A DNA stretch of 64,000 bases from Candidatus Woesearchaeota archaeon (GCA_964514585.1 CAZETU010000003.1:64001-128000), one strand, 5' to 3'. Counted from the stretch's first letter, positions 9,848-20,104 are shown. Notes: a model not told the origin generated them from the letters alone. Numbers and translations are program-made.

Positions 9848-10936
9848 TTGGGAAACGTTTTTATACTTATTTTCATAGTGAATGTTATGAAAAAAGTGTT
9901 TGTTTTTGTTTTGTTATTGATTATTGTGTCTTCTTTTGTTTTAGCTGATGTTATTTTTCCCACAGAGACTACTGTTTATTTTACTTCTGGAGGTGAGCCT
10001 TACGAAGGAGAAGTTTCTGCTACGGTGAATTGTTGGGGTTATGTTTATGAGCCTGGTCCTCCGGTTGCTGAGCCTCCTGTTGGATATACCCCGGAAATTG
10101 CGTTTACTTTTTCTTTTGATTGTGAGGAGTATAGTTGTGTACATACTAACCCCTATTATTTGAATTATAGATATCTTGAATATTGTAATTTGGTGGGTGA
10201 AGTTGATGGTAGGGAGTTTTTGATAGAGAATTATAGTAATTCTCCGGTTGATTTTGATACTTGTGTAGATACAGGCGAACAAGAAAGTCCTTTGTATGCG
10301 TGGAGAAGTTGTGAGATAACTTTTGAAATACCTGAAGGGGGCGTTGATTGTATTGAAGAATGGGTTTGTGATAATTGTATGGGTGAGTGTGTAGATGTTA
10401 GTGATTGTGGAACGGAGAATGGTAAGCCGACGGCTACTCAGAATTGTGTTTTAGTGGAGCCTCATAAAGAAGGGGAAGGGACGAGTGTAACTCAGACTCA
10501 AAAAATATCTGTCGAGCAAACTCAGACAGTTACTGGTGAGAAAGGTGAAGTTATTGCTGTGCAAAGATCTAGGATTGAGGGAATGGAGATTAGTGTTGTA
10601 GGAAACAAAATTACCGTTGGGAAATATGAAGTTATTTCTTTGAATATGCCTATTATTGAAGATGCTGGTAAGGTTTATATTGAGCATGGAGGGGAGAGGC
10701 GTGAGATGTTGATTACTCCTGAAAATGCTGCCATTAAAACTAGGATTCGTTCTGTTGAGAAGATAATGATTGAGGAACATGAGGGGCAGGCGGCTTATTC
10801 TGTTTATGGAGAAGATAGGGCGATGTTATTTTGGCTTCTTCCTATGACTGCAAAGGTTAAAGGGGTTGTTAATCTTGAGGGGGACTTAATAGACACAGAG
10901 ACTCCTTGGTGGAGTTTTTTAGCTGCAGGAGTATAA
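9848..10936 (+). CDS. Secreted Cys-containing hypothetical protein with a C-terminal domain ending PWWSFLA (likely start ATG 9887)
   Basis: MKKVFVFVLLL signal peptide; C-terminal domain resembles that of 8147-8908. Confidence 0.7.
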   Translation: MGNVFILIFIVNVMKKVFVFVLLLIIVSSFVLADVIFPTETTVYFTSGGEPYEGEVSATVNCWGYVYEPGPPVAEPPVGYTPEIAFTFSFDCEEYSCVHTNPYYLNYRYLEYCNLVGEVDGREFLIENYSNSPVDFDTCVDTGEQESPLYAWRSCEITFEIPEGGVDCIEEWVCDNCMGECVDVSDCGTENGKPTATQNCVLVEPHKEGEGTSVTQTQKISVEQTQTVTGEKGEVIAVQRSRIEGMEISVVGNKITVGKYEVISLNMPIIEDAGKVYIEHGGERREMLITPENAAIKTRIRSVEKIMIEEHEGQAAYSVYGEDRAMLFWLLPMTAKVKGVVNLEGDLIDTETPWWSFLAAGV

Positions 10937-10943
10937 TTTTAAG

Positions 10944-11282
10944 ATGCTTTATGAGACTGGATTTTTGGTGGCTTTGTTGATTACTTTGGTTGTGGAAGTT
11001 CCTTTGTTGTTTATTGTTGTTGGGAATGTTCTGAGGTTGAAGTGTGAGAAGAAGGATATATTATTTGCGGGGATATTCGCTTCTGTTTTGACGCTTCCCT
11101 ATCTTTGGTTTGTATTACCTCCTTATATTTTGGCGAATAATTATGTTTTGATTGGAGAACTGTTGGTTGTGTTTGTTGAAGCTATAGTTTATTTGATGAT
11201 TTTGAAAGTGAGATTTTTGAGAGCTCTGTTGATGTCCGCTTTTATTAATTTGGTTTCTTTTGTTGTTGGGGTTGTTGTTTAG
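10944..11282 (+). CDS. Small multi-pass membrane protein
   Basis: Four hydrophobic segments; directly follows the secreted protein gene. Confidence 0.65.
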   Translation: MLYETGFLVALLITLVVEVPLLFIVVGNVLRLKCEKKDILFAGIFASVLTLPYLWFVLPPYILANNYVLIGELLVVFVEAIVYLMILKVRFLRALLMSAFINLVSFVVGVVV

Positions 11283-11328
11283 ATTAAAATTTAGATGCAT
11301 TTATATATTTGATTTATATATTTAGATT

Positions 11329-14300
11329 ATGAGAGGAATGAGGGTTTTTGTATTGCTGATTTTAGTATTTTTGTGTATTGAGTTTGTTTCTTCTGAGAGT
11401 ACGACTTCGTTTGTGTCGACTAATTTTCTTTTGAATTTGTCTGAAGATGGTGGAAAACTTGTTGAGCTAGGTTGGAGAAATGAATCTACCGACTCTTGGA
11501 CGTATTACAATATTAGCATGTGGGGGAGATTTAAGAATGTGACGGGGAGCTATGATACTTTGGATTTTGTTCCGACGATATATAATTTTACTATAGGGAA
11601 TCATACAATTGTGAAGTATGAGATAGATCAGGGTAATGTTTTTTGGAATTTTTGGTTTGACTTGGATAATAATTCCAAACAGTTGGAGGCTTCTCGATTT
11701 GTTCATGTTCCTGCCGGGATTACTCTTACAGGGATTGGAGTTGTTTTTAATGAGACTGATAGTTATACTGATGAGTTGAATTTAAGTTATGTTTATTCGG
11801 ATGTTGGTGGAAGTTATACTGGGGGATATTTTAATTATGATGACGGATATTCGGCTTTAAGGGTGTCTTTTGGAAATTTATTGAATTCTAGCTATTCTAA
11901 TACTTCGAGTCAGCAGATATTTTGGTATAGAAATTTTTCTCAGTTGTGGAATTATAGTATAGATTATAAGCGATTTACATTTGTTCCGTATCTTTTTGGG
12001 AACGATGTTTCTGAACATGATGGTTACATGAAGCAGCATGTTTTTGATCATGATTTGACGAATGTTGAGTTGGCTGGTTCTTGGATTTTGAGGAGTCATA
12101 ATAAGGAGGGGGAGATTAGGGATTGGTTTAATGAGAATGATTATGCAAATAGTTTTAATAACGCTATAGATACTGATGCTGGTTACTGGAGAGATGCTTG
12201 GACGACCGGAACGCTGATCGGGGGGTTGATGGATACTTATAATGTTACTGAAGATATATTTTATTTGATGAGGATGGTTGATATAATTGATTATCAAGTG
12301 AATAGAACTTCTTATACCTTCAGAGATCCTTATTCTGTTAATTGGGGTGGGTTTGCTGATCATCCTATGGGTAGAATAAAATATTCGTTGGAGACTTATG
12401 ATTTGACTGGTATAGATTATTATAAGAATGTGGCAGTTAATTCAACTAATTGGTTTTTTAATACTCAGAATTTTGCTGCTGATGGAAGTCATCAGTATCA
12501 TAATATCACTGACTTTGCATATTCTTTTGAGGGTTTATTTAGAGCAGCTAATTTGAGTGGGAATGAGACGAATATGAATAAGACGAGAGATTGGATGATT
12601 TTTATTGATAACGATGCGTGGCGTGAGACTGAGCAGCTGTACAAAGAGATTAGGAATGAGCGATTTTGGTCTAGGGGGAATGGTTGGTGGCTGGAGTCAT
12701 TTCTTGGGACGATGGGTTATTATCATAATAAATCAGCGATAGATACGAATCGGACTCTTTTAGAAATTAATTTTCGAAAGGCGATTTATTCTTTGCCAAG
12801 TTATCAGGATTCGAGTGGAGCTTGGCGCCAATTAATTAATGATAGCTCTTCGTATTTAGAGTCTTCTGGTACAACGATGATTGCTGCTAGTATGGCTGAA
12901 GGGTTTAGTGACGATTATTTGAATGCGACAGCCCTGGAGACTGCAATTAAGGCTATTTGTAGCATTCATTCTAATGAGTTTTTTAAGATTGATGGGACGA
13001 TTAATAGTACAGATAGAGGGGCTGCGAGCGAGGACCCTTTTCCATATACTCAGCAAGGTTATGTGAAGTTTGCCAGAAATTTAAATATCGAGGAAGTTGT
13101 TATGTTGTCTAATAGGAGTACTTTGTATACGACGTTTGATGAGGGGGTTTTGGTTTGCGATAATGGGACTATTACTGATTCTAATGGATATTCTGTTGGG
13201 GCTAATGATAAGGTTGTGATTAAGGATTATGTTAATGGGACGTCGAGTGTTAAGAATATTACCTTGCTTGGTGTTGATAATAATTTAACTTTGACTTGGG
13301 AAGGGTTTAATGTTTCGGCTGATTATAATGTGACTACTTGGAATTCTACGAGTGTGCAAGATTCTCAGAATGTATCTTCTAATTCTTCTGGGGTTTTGAT
13401 TTTTAATGTTACTTTGAGCGGTGAACATGTGATTGAGGTTGTGAATATTACAATTGAGTCAGACACAACTCCTCCTAATGTTTCGTTTGTTTCTCCATTG
13501 AATCAATCTTATTCTTCTCAGGAATTATTGATAAATATAACGAATAGTTCGGATGCGAGTTCTATTTGGTGGTTTAATGGGACGGATAATTTGACGTATA
13601 CTGCGGCGATTAATTATAATTTTACGGAGGGGAGTAATACGATTATTGCTTATGTTAATGATTCTGAAAATAATGTGAATGCGACTAATTTGACTTTTTC
13701 GATAGATTTGAGTTATCCTGTGATAACTCTTGTGTCGCCTGATAACAATACTGTTTCTTCGGGGAATGGATTGTTTAGATTTAATGTGAGTGATGATGAG
13801 GTGGCTAATTGTAGTTTGATAATTAATAGTTCTATTAATGAAACGAATTCTTCGGTGGTAATTAGTTTGACTCAGAATATGAATGTTAGCTTGCCGGCTG
13901 GGGAAAATTACTGGAGTGTAAATTGTACGGATAGCGTCGGGAATAGGAATGCGAGCGAGGAGAGAGTTGTCACAGTGATTAGGTCGGATGAATTTTCCAT
14001 AAATACGACAAATTTTACTGCGATACACCCTTCTAATTTATCTAATGTTTCGCTTGTACTTGAGAATTCTTTTGGAAAATTGAATTATACTCAGGTTGTT
14101 AATTTGTCTGGTGGGGCTGACTTGGATAGATACGCGAATATTTCGACTAGGAGAATAGAGATTAATTCGACTGGTTTTGATAGGTTGAATATATCTTCCT
14201 TGTTGTATTTTTATGGTGTGACGTATACTAATCCGGGAATTTTAAGAGATGGAGCTTCTTGTTCTGCGTTAATTTGTCAGGAAGTAAGTTATTTGTCTAA

Positions 14301-14700
14301 TATTTTTGTAGTTAATGTTTCGGAGTTTTCTACGTATACTGTTTATGAATCTTATGTGGCACCGCCAGTAGTTCCTCCTCCTGGTGGTGGAGGTAGTAGT
14401 GGGGGAGTTACTCCTGTGGTTGATAATGTAACTAATGAGAGTGTTAATTCTGGTGTGGGTGATGGCAATAGTGGGAGTGGAAGTGATTTGGGTGGCATTG
14501 AGGAATTAGAAGACCCTTTGGATAATGAGAGTGGGGAGGAATTGTCTGATTCTTCTAGTCTTGCTAAAAAAATATATTTTTCTAGTTTTGTAATATTTGC
14601 ATTATTTGTAATAGCTGTGTGGATTTTTTTATGGCGGAAACACAGGAAGAAGAGTGCATCATTAGGAGAGTATGTGGTTAAGAAAGTTTCTGGGGTTTAG
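11329..14700 (+). CDS. Large surface protein with a GH105/GH88-like (alpha/alpha)6 domain, Ig-like stalk and C-terminal TM anchor
   Basis: FWSRGNGW, YQDSSGAWRQLINDSSSYLESSGTTMI; DTTPPNV/PVITLVSPDN Ig-like repeats; Pro/Gly linker; TM helix followed by WRKHRKK. Confidence 0.75.
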   Translation: MRGMRVFVLLILVFLCIEFVSSESTTSFVSTNFLLNLSEDGGKLVELGWRNESTDSWTYYNISMWGRFKNVTGSYDTLDFVPTIYNFTIGNHTIVKYEIDQGNVFWNFWFDLDNNSKQLEASRFVHVPAGITLTGIGVVFNETDSYTDELNLSYVYSDVGGSYTGGYFNYDDGYSALRVSFGNLLNSSYSNTSSQQIFWYRNFSQLWNYSIDYKRFTFVPYLFGNDVSEHDGYMKQHVFDHDLTNVELAGSWILRSHNKEGEIRDWFNENDYANSFNNAIDTDAGYWRDAWTTGTLIGGLMDTYNVTEDIFYLMRMVDIIDYQVNRTSYTFRDPYSVNWGGFADHPMGRIKYSLETYDLTGIDYYKNVAVNSTNWFFNTQNFAADGSHQYHNITDFAYSFEGLFRAANLSGNETNMNKTRDWMIFIDNDAWRETEQLYKEIRNERFWSRGNGWWLESFLGTMGYYHNKSAIDTNRTLLEINFRKAIYSLPSYQDSSGAWRQLINDSSSYLESSGTTMIAASMAEGFSDDYLNATALETAIKAICSIHSNEFFKIDGTINSTDRGAASEDPFPYTQQGYVKFARNLNIEEVVMLSNRSTLYTTFDEGVLVCDNGTITDSNGYSVGANDKVVIKDYVNGTSSVKNITLLGVDNNLTLTWEGFNVSADYNVTTWNSTSVQDSQNVSSNSSGVLIFNVTLSGEHVIEVVNITIESDTTPPNVSFVSPLNQSYSSQELLINITNSSDASSIWWFNGTDNLTYTAAINYNFTEGSNTIIAYVNDSENNVNATNLTFSIDLSYPVITLVSPDNNTVSSGNGLFRFNVSDDEVANCSLIINSSINETNSSVVISLTQNMNVSLPAGENYWSVNCTDSVGNRNASEERVVTVIRSDEFSINTTNFTAIHPSNLSNVSLVLENSFGKLNYTQVVNLSGGADLDRYANISTRRIEINSTGFDRLNISSLLYFYGVTYTNPGILRDGASCSALICQEVSYLSNIFVVNVSEFSTYTVYESYVAPPVVPPPGGGGSSGGVTPVVDNVTNESVNSGVGDGNSGSGSDLGGIEELEDPLDNESGEELSDSSSLAKKIYFSSFVIFALFVIAVWIFLWRKHRKKSASLGEYVVKKVSGV

Positions 14701-14705
14701 TTATT

Positions 14706-14801
14706 TTAACGTATTGATTTATATCCGCCTTCAATACCTTTTTTAGAAAAAACAATTTGCCATAATCTATAATTTTGTGATCTAAATGCTCCTGCACAAC
14801 T
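14706..14801 (-). pseudogene. cfa: 3'-end relic of a cyclopropane-fatty-acyl-phospholipid synthase gene
   Basis: Manual translation SCAGAFRSQNYRLWQIVFSKKGIEGGYKSIR* matches the Cfa C-terminal signature as I recall it (CAGAFRAR..QLWQVVFS); no upstream gene body. Confidence 0.6.
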
Positions 14802-14858
14802 ATCTTTTGTCGTTGGGATTATTGTTTAAGGGGTAAGTTTTAAGTATTATGTTTTGTT

Positions 14859-15476
14859 TTGAATTTTATGGGTGATGATGGAGATAATAGTGGAATTTTT
14901 AAGATAGGGATTGGTATTTTGGTTGTTGTTTTTTTAGTCGCTACTTCTTTTTTTATTTGGAGTCCTAGTGGGTCTGTTGAGGAGGTTGCCTTAGAGGAAT
15001 CTGGGTCTGAGGAAGTTGTGAATGATTCTTCTAATTCTTCTGTTGAGATTGTCGAGGTTGATGATAATTCTTCTGTGAATGAGACTCCTGTTTCTCCTGT
15101 GGAAGATGAACCTGTTGTTGTGACTAGTACTGAGTGTGGGAAGAATGGTGGGCCTTGCTGTGGTAGGACGCGGATTAATGAGACTTTGGATGTTTCAGTT
15201 GAGGAGATTTATGTTGAGCAGTTTAAGCAGCATATTTATTGTGATGAGGGGTATGCTTGTCATCAGATTGGGAGTACCGAGGCTATTTGTTATGAGATTG
15301 GCGGGTTTGATTGTGGGGATGTTGGAGAGGAGTGTTGTAGGATTGCGAAGTCTAAGAAAATTTATATTGATAGCGATGGGAATGAGAGCGAAGTTTTTGT
15401 TGATGTTGCAAAGGAATGTGTGATTAATTCTTCTTGCGGATATGATTCTTCTAATGGGAATTACTATTGTTCTTGA
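14859..15476 (+). CDS. Membrane-anchored Cys-rich hypothetical protein
   Basis: N-terminal TM, acidic Ser/Thr linker, repeated CGxxGxxCC. Confidence 0.6.
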   Translation: MNFMGDDGDNSGIFKIGIGILVVVFLVATSFFIWSPSGSVEEVALEESGSEEVVNDSSNSSVEIVEVDDNSSVNETPVSPVEDEPVVVTSTECGKNGGPCCGRTRINETLDVSVEEIYVEQFKQHIYCDEGYACHQIGSTEAICYEIGGFDCGDVGEECCRIAKSKKIYIDSDGNESEVFVDVAKECVINSSCGYDSSNGNYYCS

Positions 15477-15547
15477 TTAAATTTATGATTATATAGGGAG
15501 TATCTTTTTAAAGTTCATTTTTAGTTATAATATTAAGAGGTTAATTA

Positions 15548-16498
15548 ATGAAATTTATTTATAATGATATTTTTTTAGAACATGATACGGGGATGCATCC
15601 TGAAAATAAAAAAAGATTAGAGGTGTTAAAATTTAAAAGTGGGAAGGTAAGTAATGGGGAAAAATATCTTTCATTAATTCATGATAAGCATTATATTAAA
15701 CAAGTAAAAGATGCGTGTAAAAAATCTGAGAATTTAGACCAGGATACTGTTACTTCAAAGAAAACTTATAAGGCGGCAGTTATGGCTGTTGGGGCAACTA
15801 TTCAGGCATCCGAAGAGGGTGGCTTTGCAATTGTTCGTCCTCCGGGACACCATGCGCATCCGGGTAGAGCTAGTGGTTTTTGTGTTTTCAACAGTCTTGC
15901 TATAAGTGTCCAAAATTTAGTTAAAAAAGGAAAAAAGGTTTTGATTTTTGATTTTGATGGGCATCTAGGAGATGGGACTGAAAAAATATTTTATGATAAG
16001 AATAAAGTTTTTTATTTTTCTCTTCATCAATATCCTGCATTTCCAGGTTCTGGGTGGGCGAATGAAATTGGAACAAAAAAAGGCGTGGGGTATACATTGA
16101 ATGTCCCTCTTCCGGCAGGTACTGGAGATGATTTATATCTTGAGGCTATTAATGAATTTTTATGGATTTTAAAAAAGTTTAATCCAGATGTTGTAGCAAT
16201 TTCTGCGGGTTTTGATGCTTATAAAAATGATTTATTATTGGATTTGAATCTTAGTGCTGGTATTTATTATAAGATTGGTCAGATAATAAAAAATAATTTT
16301 GAGAATTTTTATGCAACTCTGGAAGGGGGGTATGATATTGGATCGCTTAAGGATTGTATTAATAATTTTTTGAATGGGATTAATGGTGAGAATGTATATA
16401 AAAAAGATAACCCAACAAAATCTAGTTCAACTGTTAAAAAAGAATTTGATAAGAGGGTAAAACTTGCCGAGAAAAGTATAAATAAATATTGGAAATAA
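15548..16498 (+). CDS. Zn-dependent histone deacetylase (HDAC/AcuC) family
   Basis: MHPENKKRL, RPPGHHA, GFCVFN, DFDGHLGDGT, SLHQYPAFPGSG, SAGFDAY, LEGGY. Confidence 0.93.
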   Translation: MKFIYNDIFLEHDTGMHPENKKRLEVLKFKSGKVSNGEKYLSLIHDKHYIKQVKDACKKSENLDQDTVTSKKTYKAAVMAVGATIQASEEGGFAIVRPPGHHAHPGRASGFCVFNSLAISVQNLVKKGKKVLIFDFDGHLGDGTEKIFYDKNKVFYFSLHQYPAFPGSGWANEIGTKKGVGYTLNVPLPAGTGDDLYLEAINEFLWILKKFNPDVVAISAGFDAYKNDLLLDLNLSAGIYYKIGQIIKNNFENFYATLEGGYDIGSLKDCINNFLNGINGENVYKKDNPTKSSSTVKKEFDKRVKLAEKSINKYWK

Positions 16499-16502
16499 AA
16501 AA

Positions 16503-19169
16503 ATGACAATAAAAAAATTACAAGAAATTTTTAATCCAAATTCAATTGCAATAATTGGTGCTTCAAATAGTTCTAAAAAGGTAGGTTATGGAATTTTTAA
16601 AAATCTTCTCGATTCGAAAAAGAAGATTTATCCAATTAATAAAAAACATAAAACTATTTTGGGAAAGAAATCTTATTCATCAATACTTGATATCTTGGAG
16701 GAGGTGGATTTGGCAGTAATAGCAACCCCTGTTTCTACTGTCTTACCTGTTGTTAAGGATTGTTGTAAGAAAAAGGTTAAGTGTATAGTTATTATTAGCT
16801 CGGGGTTTAAGGAAAGGGGGAAGGATGGAGAAAAAATTCAGGAAGAAGTTTTGAAGATTACGAGGAAACATAATGTTCGAGTAATGGGTCCTAATTGTAT
16901 GGGGTTTATTAATCCTCATTTAGGATTAAATGTAAGTTTTGCAAATAACAAATTGAAGAAGGGGAATATAGCATTCATATCTCAATCTGGAGCTATGGGT
17001 TCTTCGGCTTTAGATTGGGCTTTAGATCATGATTTGGGTTTTAGTTTTTTTGCTTCTTTGGGCGCTATGGCAGATATAAGTTTTAGTGATTTAATCGATT
17101 ATTTAGGGAATGATCCTCAGACTGAGAGTATTGTTGTTTATATGGAATCCTTGAATAACGCTCGAAAATTTATGTCAGCTGCAAGAGCGTTTTCTAAAAA
17201 GAAACCTATAATTGTTTTAAAATCTGGAAGGAGCGAAGAGGGGGCGAGAGCTGCTAAATCTCATACTGGGAGTTTGGCGGGGAATGATTTAGTTTTTGAT
17301 TCAGCATTTAGGCGGGCAGGAATTGTTAGGGTTAATGAGACGGATGATTTATTTGACTGTGCAAAAACACTTTCAAAGCAGCAAAAACCTAAAGGGAATA
17401 GGCTTGCAATAGTTACTAATGCTGGAGGGCCAGGTGTTTTATCAGCTGATGTTCTTGTTCACAGGGGTGGTAGGGTTGCAGAATTATCTGATAAAACAAT
17501 TAAAAATTTAAATAAAGTTTTACCGGAGAATTGGAGCCATGGGAATCCAGTGGATATCTTAGGGGATGCTAATGCTTTTGATTACAAAAAGGCTATTGAG
17601 TTTTGTTTAGGTGATGAGGGGGTTGATGGAATTTTAGTTTTATTGACTCCTCAGACAATGACGGATTCTGTTGCGATTGCTAAATCAATTGTTTCGATTA
17701 AGAATGATAAGCCAATTCTTGTGTCTTTTATGGGTGGGCCTAGCGTTGAGAAGGGTAAGAAAATTCTTGAAGAGGGAAAAATACCGACGTTTCCATATCC
17801 GGAGCGTGCTGTTAAGGCATTTAGTTATTTATATGATTATTCTAAAAATATAGAATTTTTGTATCAACTTCCGGGCTCTATTCCTCATGCATTTGAACCA
17901 GATACGGATGAAGTAAAAAAGATAATTAATAAATCTGTTGCGAAAAATTTTTTCTCGTTAGATGATTTTGATTCTAAGAGAATATTGTCGAGTTATGGTA
18001 TTCCGGCCTCTTCTCAAAAAATTGCTAAGAATGTTAAGCAGGCATTAGAAATTGCGAAGAAGATGGGTTATCCGTTAGTTATGAAGATAGCTTCTCCAAA
18101 TATATTGCATAAGACAGAAATCGATGCGGTTAAGTTAGATATTCATTCTGGAAGTGAAGTTAAAAAAGCTTACGGGGAGATAATGTCAAATGTTAAAAAA
18201 TATAATTCTAAGGCAAAGATTAATGGAATTATTCTTGAAAAAATGTCTTCTAAGAAATATGAACTGATCATTGGGTGTAAAAAGGATCCGATATTCGGTC
18301 CTGTAATTGTTTTTGGACTTGGTGGCGTTGCTGTTAACTTGTTTAAGGATACAAGTATTGGGCTTCCTCCATTGAATATGGATTTGGCAGAATCTTTAAT
18401 AGATGATACAAAAGTGTCTAAATTACTGAGGGGATATAGAAATATGAAAGGTGTAGATATTAATTTCTTGAAGTCTATTCTCTATAAATTTTCTTATCTT
18501 ATAATAGATTTTCCGGAAATTAGTGAAATTGATATTAACCCATTTAGTATGAACGAGGAAGGGGGTATGGTTCTTGATGCAAAAATAGTTTTAGATAAAA
18601 AATATTTAAGCGGAAGCCACAAGGCTGAAGTTCCTTACTCTCATTTAGTTATAAGACCTTACCCTAAGGAATATGTAACCAAAATAAAAACGAACAAAGG
18701 TAAAGAGGTTACGTTGAGACCTATAAGGCCCGAAGATGAACTGATTGAAAAAGAAATGATTGAAAAGTTTTCTGAGGAAACTCAGAGGTTTAGATTTTTT
18801 AGGCACTTGAAAGAAGCCACTCATGATATACTAGTGCAGTATACTTGTAATGATTATGATCGGGAAATTGGATTGGCGGCGGAAATTGAAGAGAAGGGTA
18901 AGAAAAAGTTTGCGGGTGTTGTAAGATTAATAACAGATCCGTATGAAAATAGTGCGGAGTTTGCGATTGTTGTTGCGGATCCATGGCAGGGACATGGTCT
19001 TGGTAATAAAATGATGGATTATATGTTAGAGTTAGCAAAGAAAAGAAAGGTTGATAAGGTGTATGGTTATCTTTTGAAAGATAATGATATTATGAAGGAC
19101 ATGTTTGAAAAAAAAGGATTTTTGATTACGGAGCAGGATGATACTTATTATGCCGAGAAGGTCTTGTGA
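16503..19169 (+). CDS. Pat/PatZ-type protein lysine acetyltransferase (acetate-CoA ligase-like domain plus GNAT)
   Basis: NPNSIAIIGAS, MGPNCMG, SQSGA, KSGR, TNAGGPGV, NPVDILGDA, ATP-grasp-like region, C-terminal LRPIRPEDE...AEFAIVVADPWQGHGLG. Confidence 0.9.
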   Translation: MTIKKLQEIFNPNSIAIIGASNSSKKVGYGIFKNLLDSKKKIYPINKKHKTILGKKSYSSILDILEEVDLAVIATPVSTVLPVVKDCCKKKVKCIVIISSGFKERGKDGEKIQEEVLKITRKHNVRVMGPNCMGFINPHLGLNVSFANNKLKKGNIAFISQSGAMGSSALDWALDHDLGFSFFASLGAMADISFSDLIDYLGNDPQTESIVVYMESLNNARKFMSAARAFSKKKPIIVLKSGRSEEGARAAKSHTGSLAGNDLVFDSAFRRAGIVRVNETDDLFDCAKTLSKQQKPKGNRLAIVTNAGGPGVLSADVLVHRGGRVAELSDKTIKNLNKVLPENWSHGNPVDILGDANAFDYKKAIEFCLGDEGVDGILVLLTPQTMTDSVAIAKSIVSIKNDKPILVSFMGGPSVEKGKKILEEGKIPTFPYPERAVKAFSYLYDYSKNIEFLYQLPGSIPHAFEPDTDEVKKIINKSVAKNFFSLDDFDSKRILSSYGIPASSQKIAKNVKQALEIAKKMGYPLVMKIASPNILHKTEIDAVKLDIHSGSEVKKAYGEIMSNVKKYNSKAKINGIILEKMSSKKYELIIGCKKDPIFGPVIVFGLGGVAVNLFKDTSIGLPPLNMDLAESLIDDTKVSKLLRGYRNMKGVDINFLKSILYKFSYLIIDFPEISEIDINPFSMNEEGGMVLDAKIVLDKKYLSGSHKAEVPYSHLVIRPYPKEYVTKIKTNKGKEVTLRPIRPEDELIEKEMIEKFSEETQRFRFFRHLKEATHDILVQYTCNDYDREIGLAAEIEEKGKKKFAGVVRLITDPYENSAEFAIVVADPWQGHGLGNKMMDYMLELAKKRKVDKVYGYLLKDNDIMKDMFEKKGFLITEQDDTYYAEKVL

Positions 19170-19306
19170 TTTTTGGCGAATCTTAAATTGAATCTGGGCA
19201 AGCAATGTTTTTGTTGATATGATTGTTTTAGAATACAAATTAATAATATTTGCTCATGCAAGTGAGATATCATGCAGAATGTTCTTAATGATAGTAGTGG
19301 GGGAGT

Positions 19307-19971
19307 TTAATTGGGGAATAAATGAGTTATGTTTTTATAATTAATTTCTGAAAAATCATTGATTATTAAATCGGCAATATCTTGAAATTCTTCTTTAGTA
19401 TGGTATGATGTTACAAATGCAATAGATTTCATATTTGCTGCATTTGCAGCTTGAATTCCATTCACAGCATCTTCTATTACAATACAGTTTTTTGGATTAA
19501 CTTCTAATTCTTCTGCAGCTTTTAGAAACATTTCAGGATTAGGTTTGTGTAAGTTAATATCTTCAGCTGTAATTAGAATATCTATCTTATCAAAAAAATC
19601 AACTAATTTAAGTAATTGGATTGCTCTGTCTTTCGTGCTTGATGTAGCAACAGCTATCTTAATATTATTATCTTTTAATTTTTTAACTAAATTTAATAAG
19701 TAATCATTTGGTTTAATTTTTTCTTTCATTAATTGAAGTTCTATTGCAAATGCTTTTTTTGAAAAATCAAGAGAATCTATATATTCTGAAATATTAAAAT
19801 CTTTTTTCCACATTTCTATCTGATCTCTAAGAGATCTTCCTATTGTCTTTTTTCTATATTTAGAACTCATATGAGCCCATACTTTTCAAGAAGTTGATTA
19901 AATGCTATTGTTACATATTCTGGAGTATCCACCAAAACCCCATCCATATCAAATATTACTGCGTTTACCAT
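19307..19971 (-). pseudogene. HAD-family phosphatase (beta-PGM/CbbY-like) split by a frameshift: piece 1 at 19867-19971, piece 2 at 19307-19870
   Basis: Piece 1 MVNAVIFDMDGVLVDTPEY...KYGLI* carries motif I; piece 2 carries ATSS, KPNPEMF and IEDAVNG; the frames overlap by ATGA. Confidence 0.75.
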
Positions 19972-20104
19972 TTTATATTGATTTTAAGAATATATATTAT
20001 TTAAGTTATTCCTATAGAGATATCTTATTTCCACAAAAAAGAAACTAAAGAGTATTATGTCTCAATCGTGATGTCGCATGTGTAGTTTTTGAATATTCTA
20101 GAAA

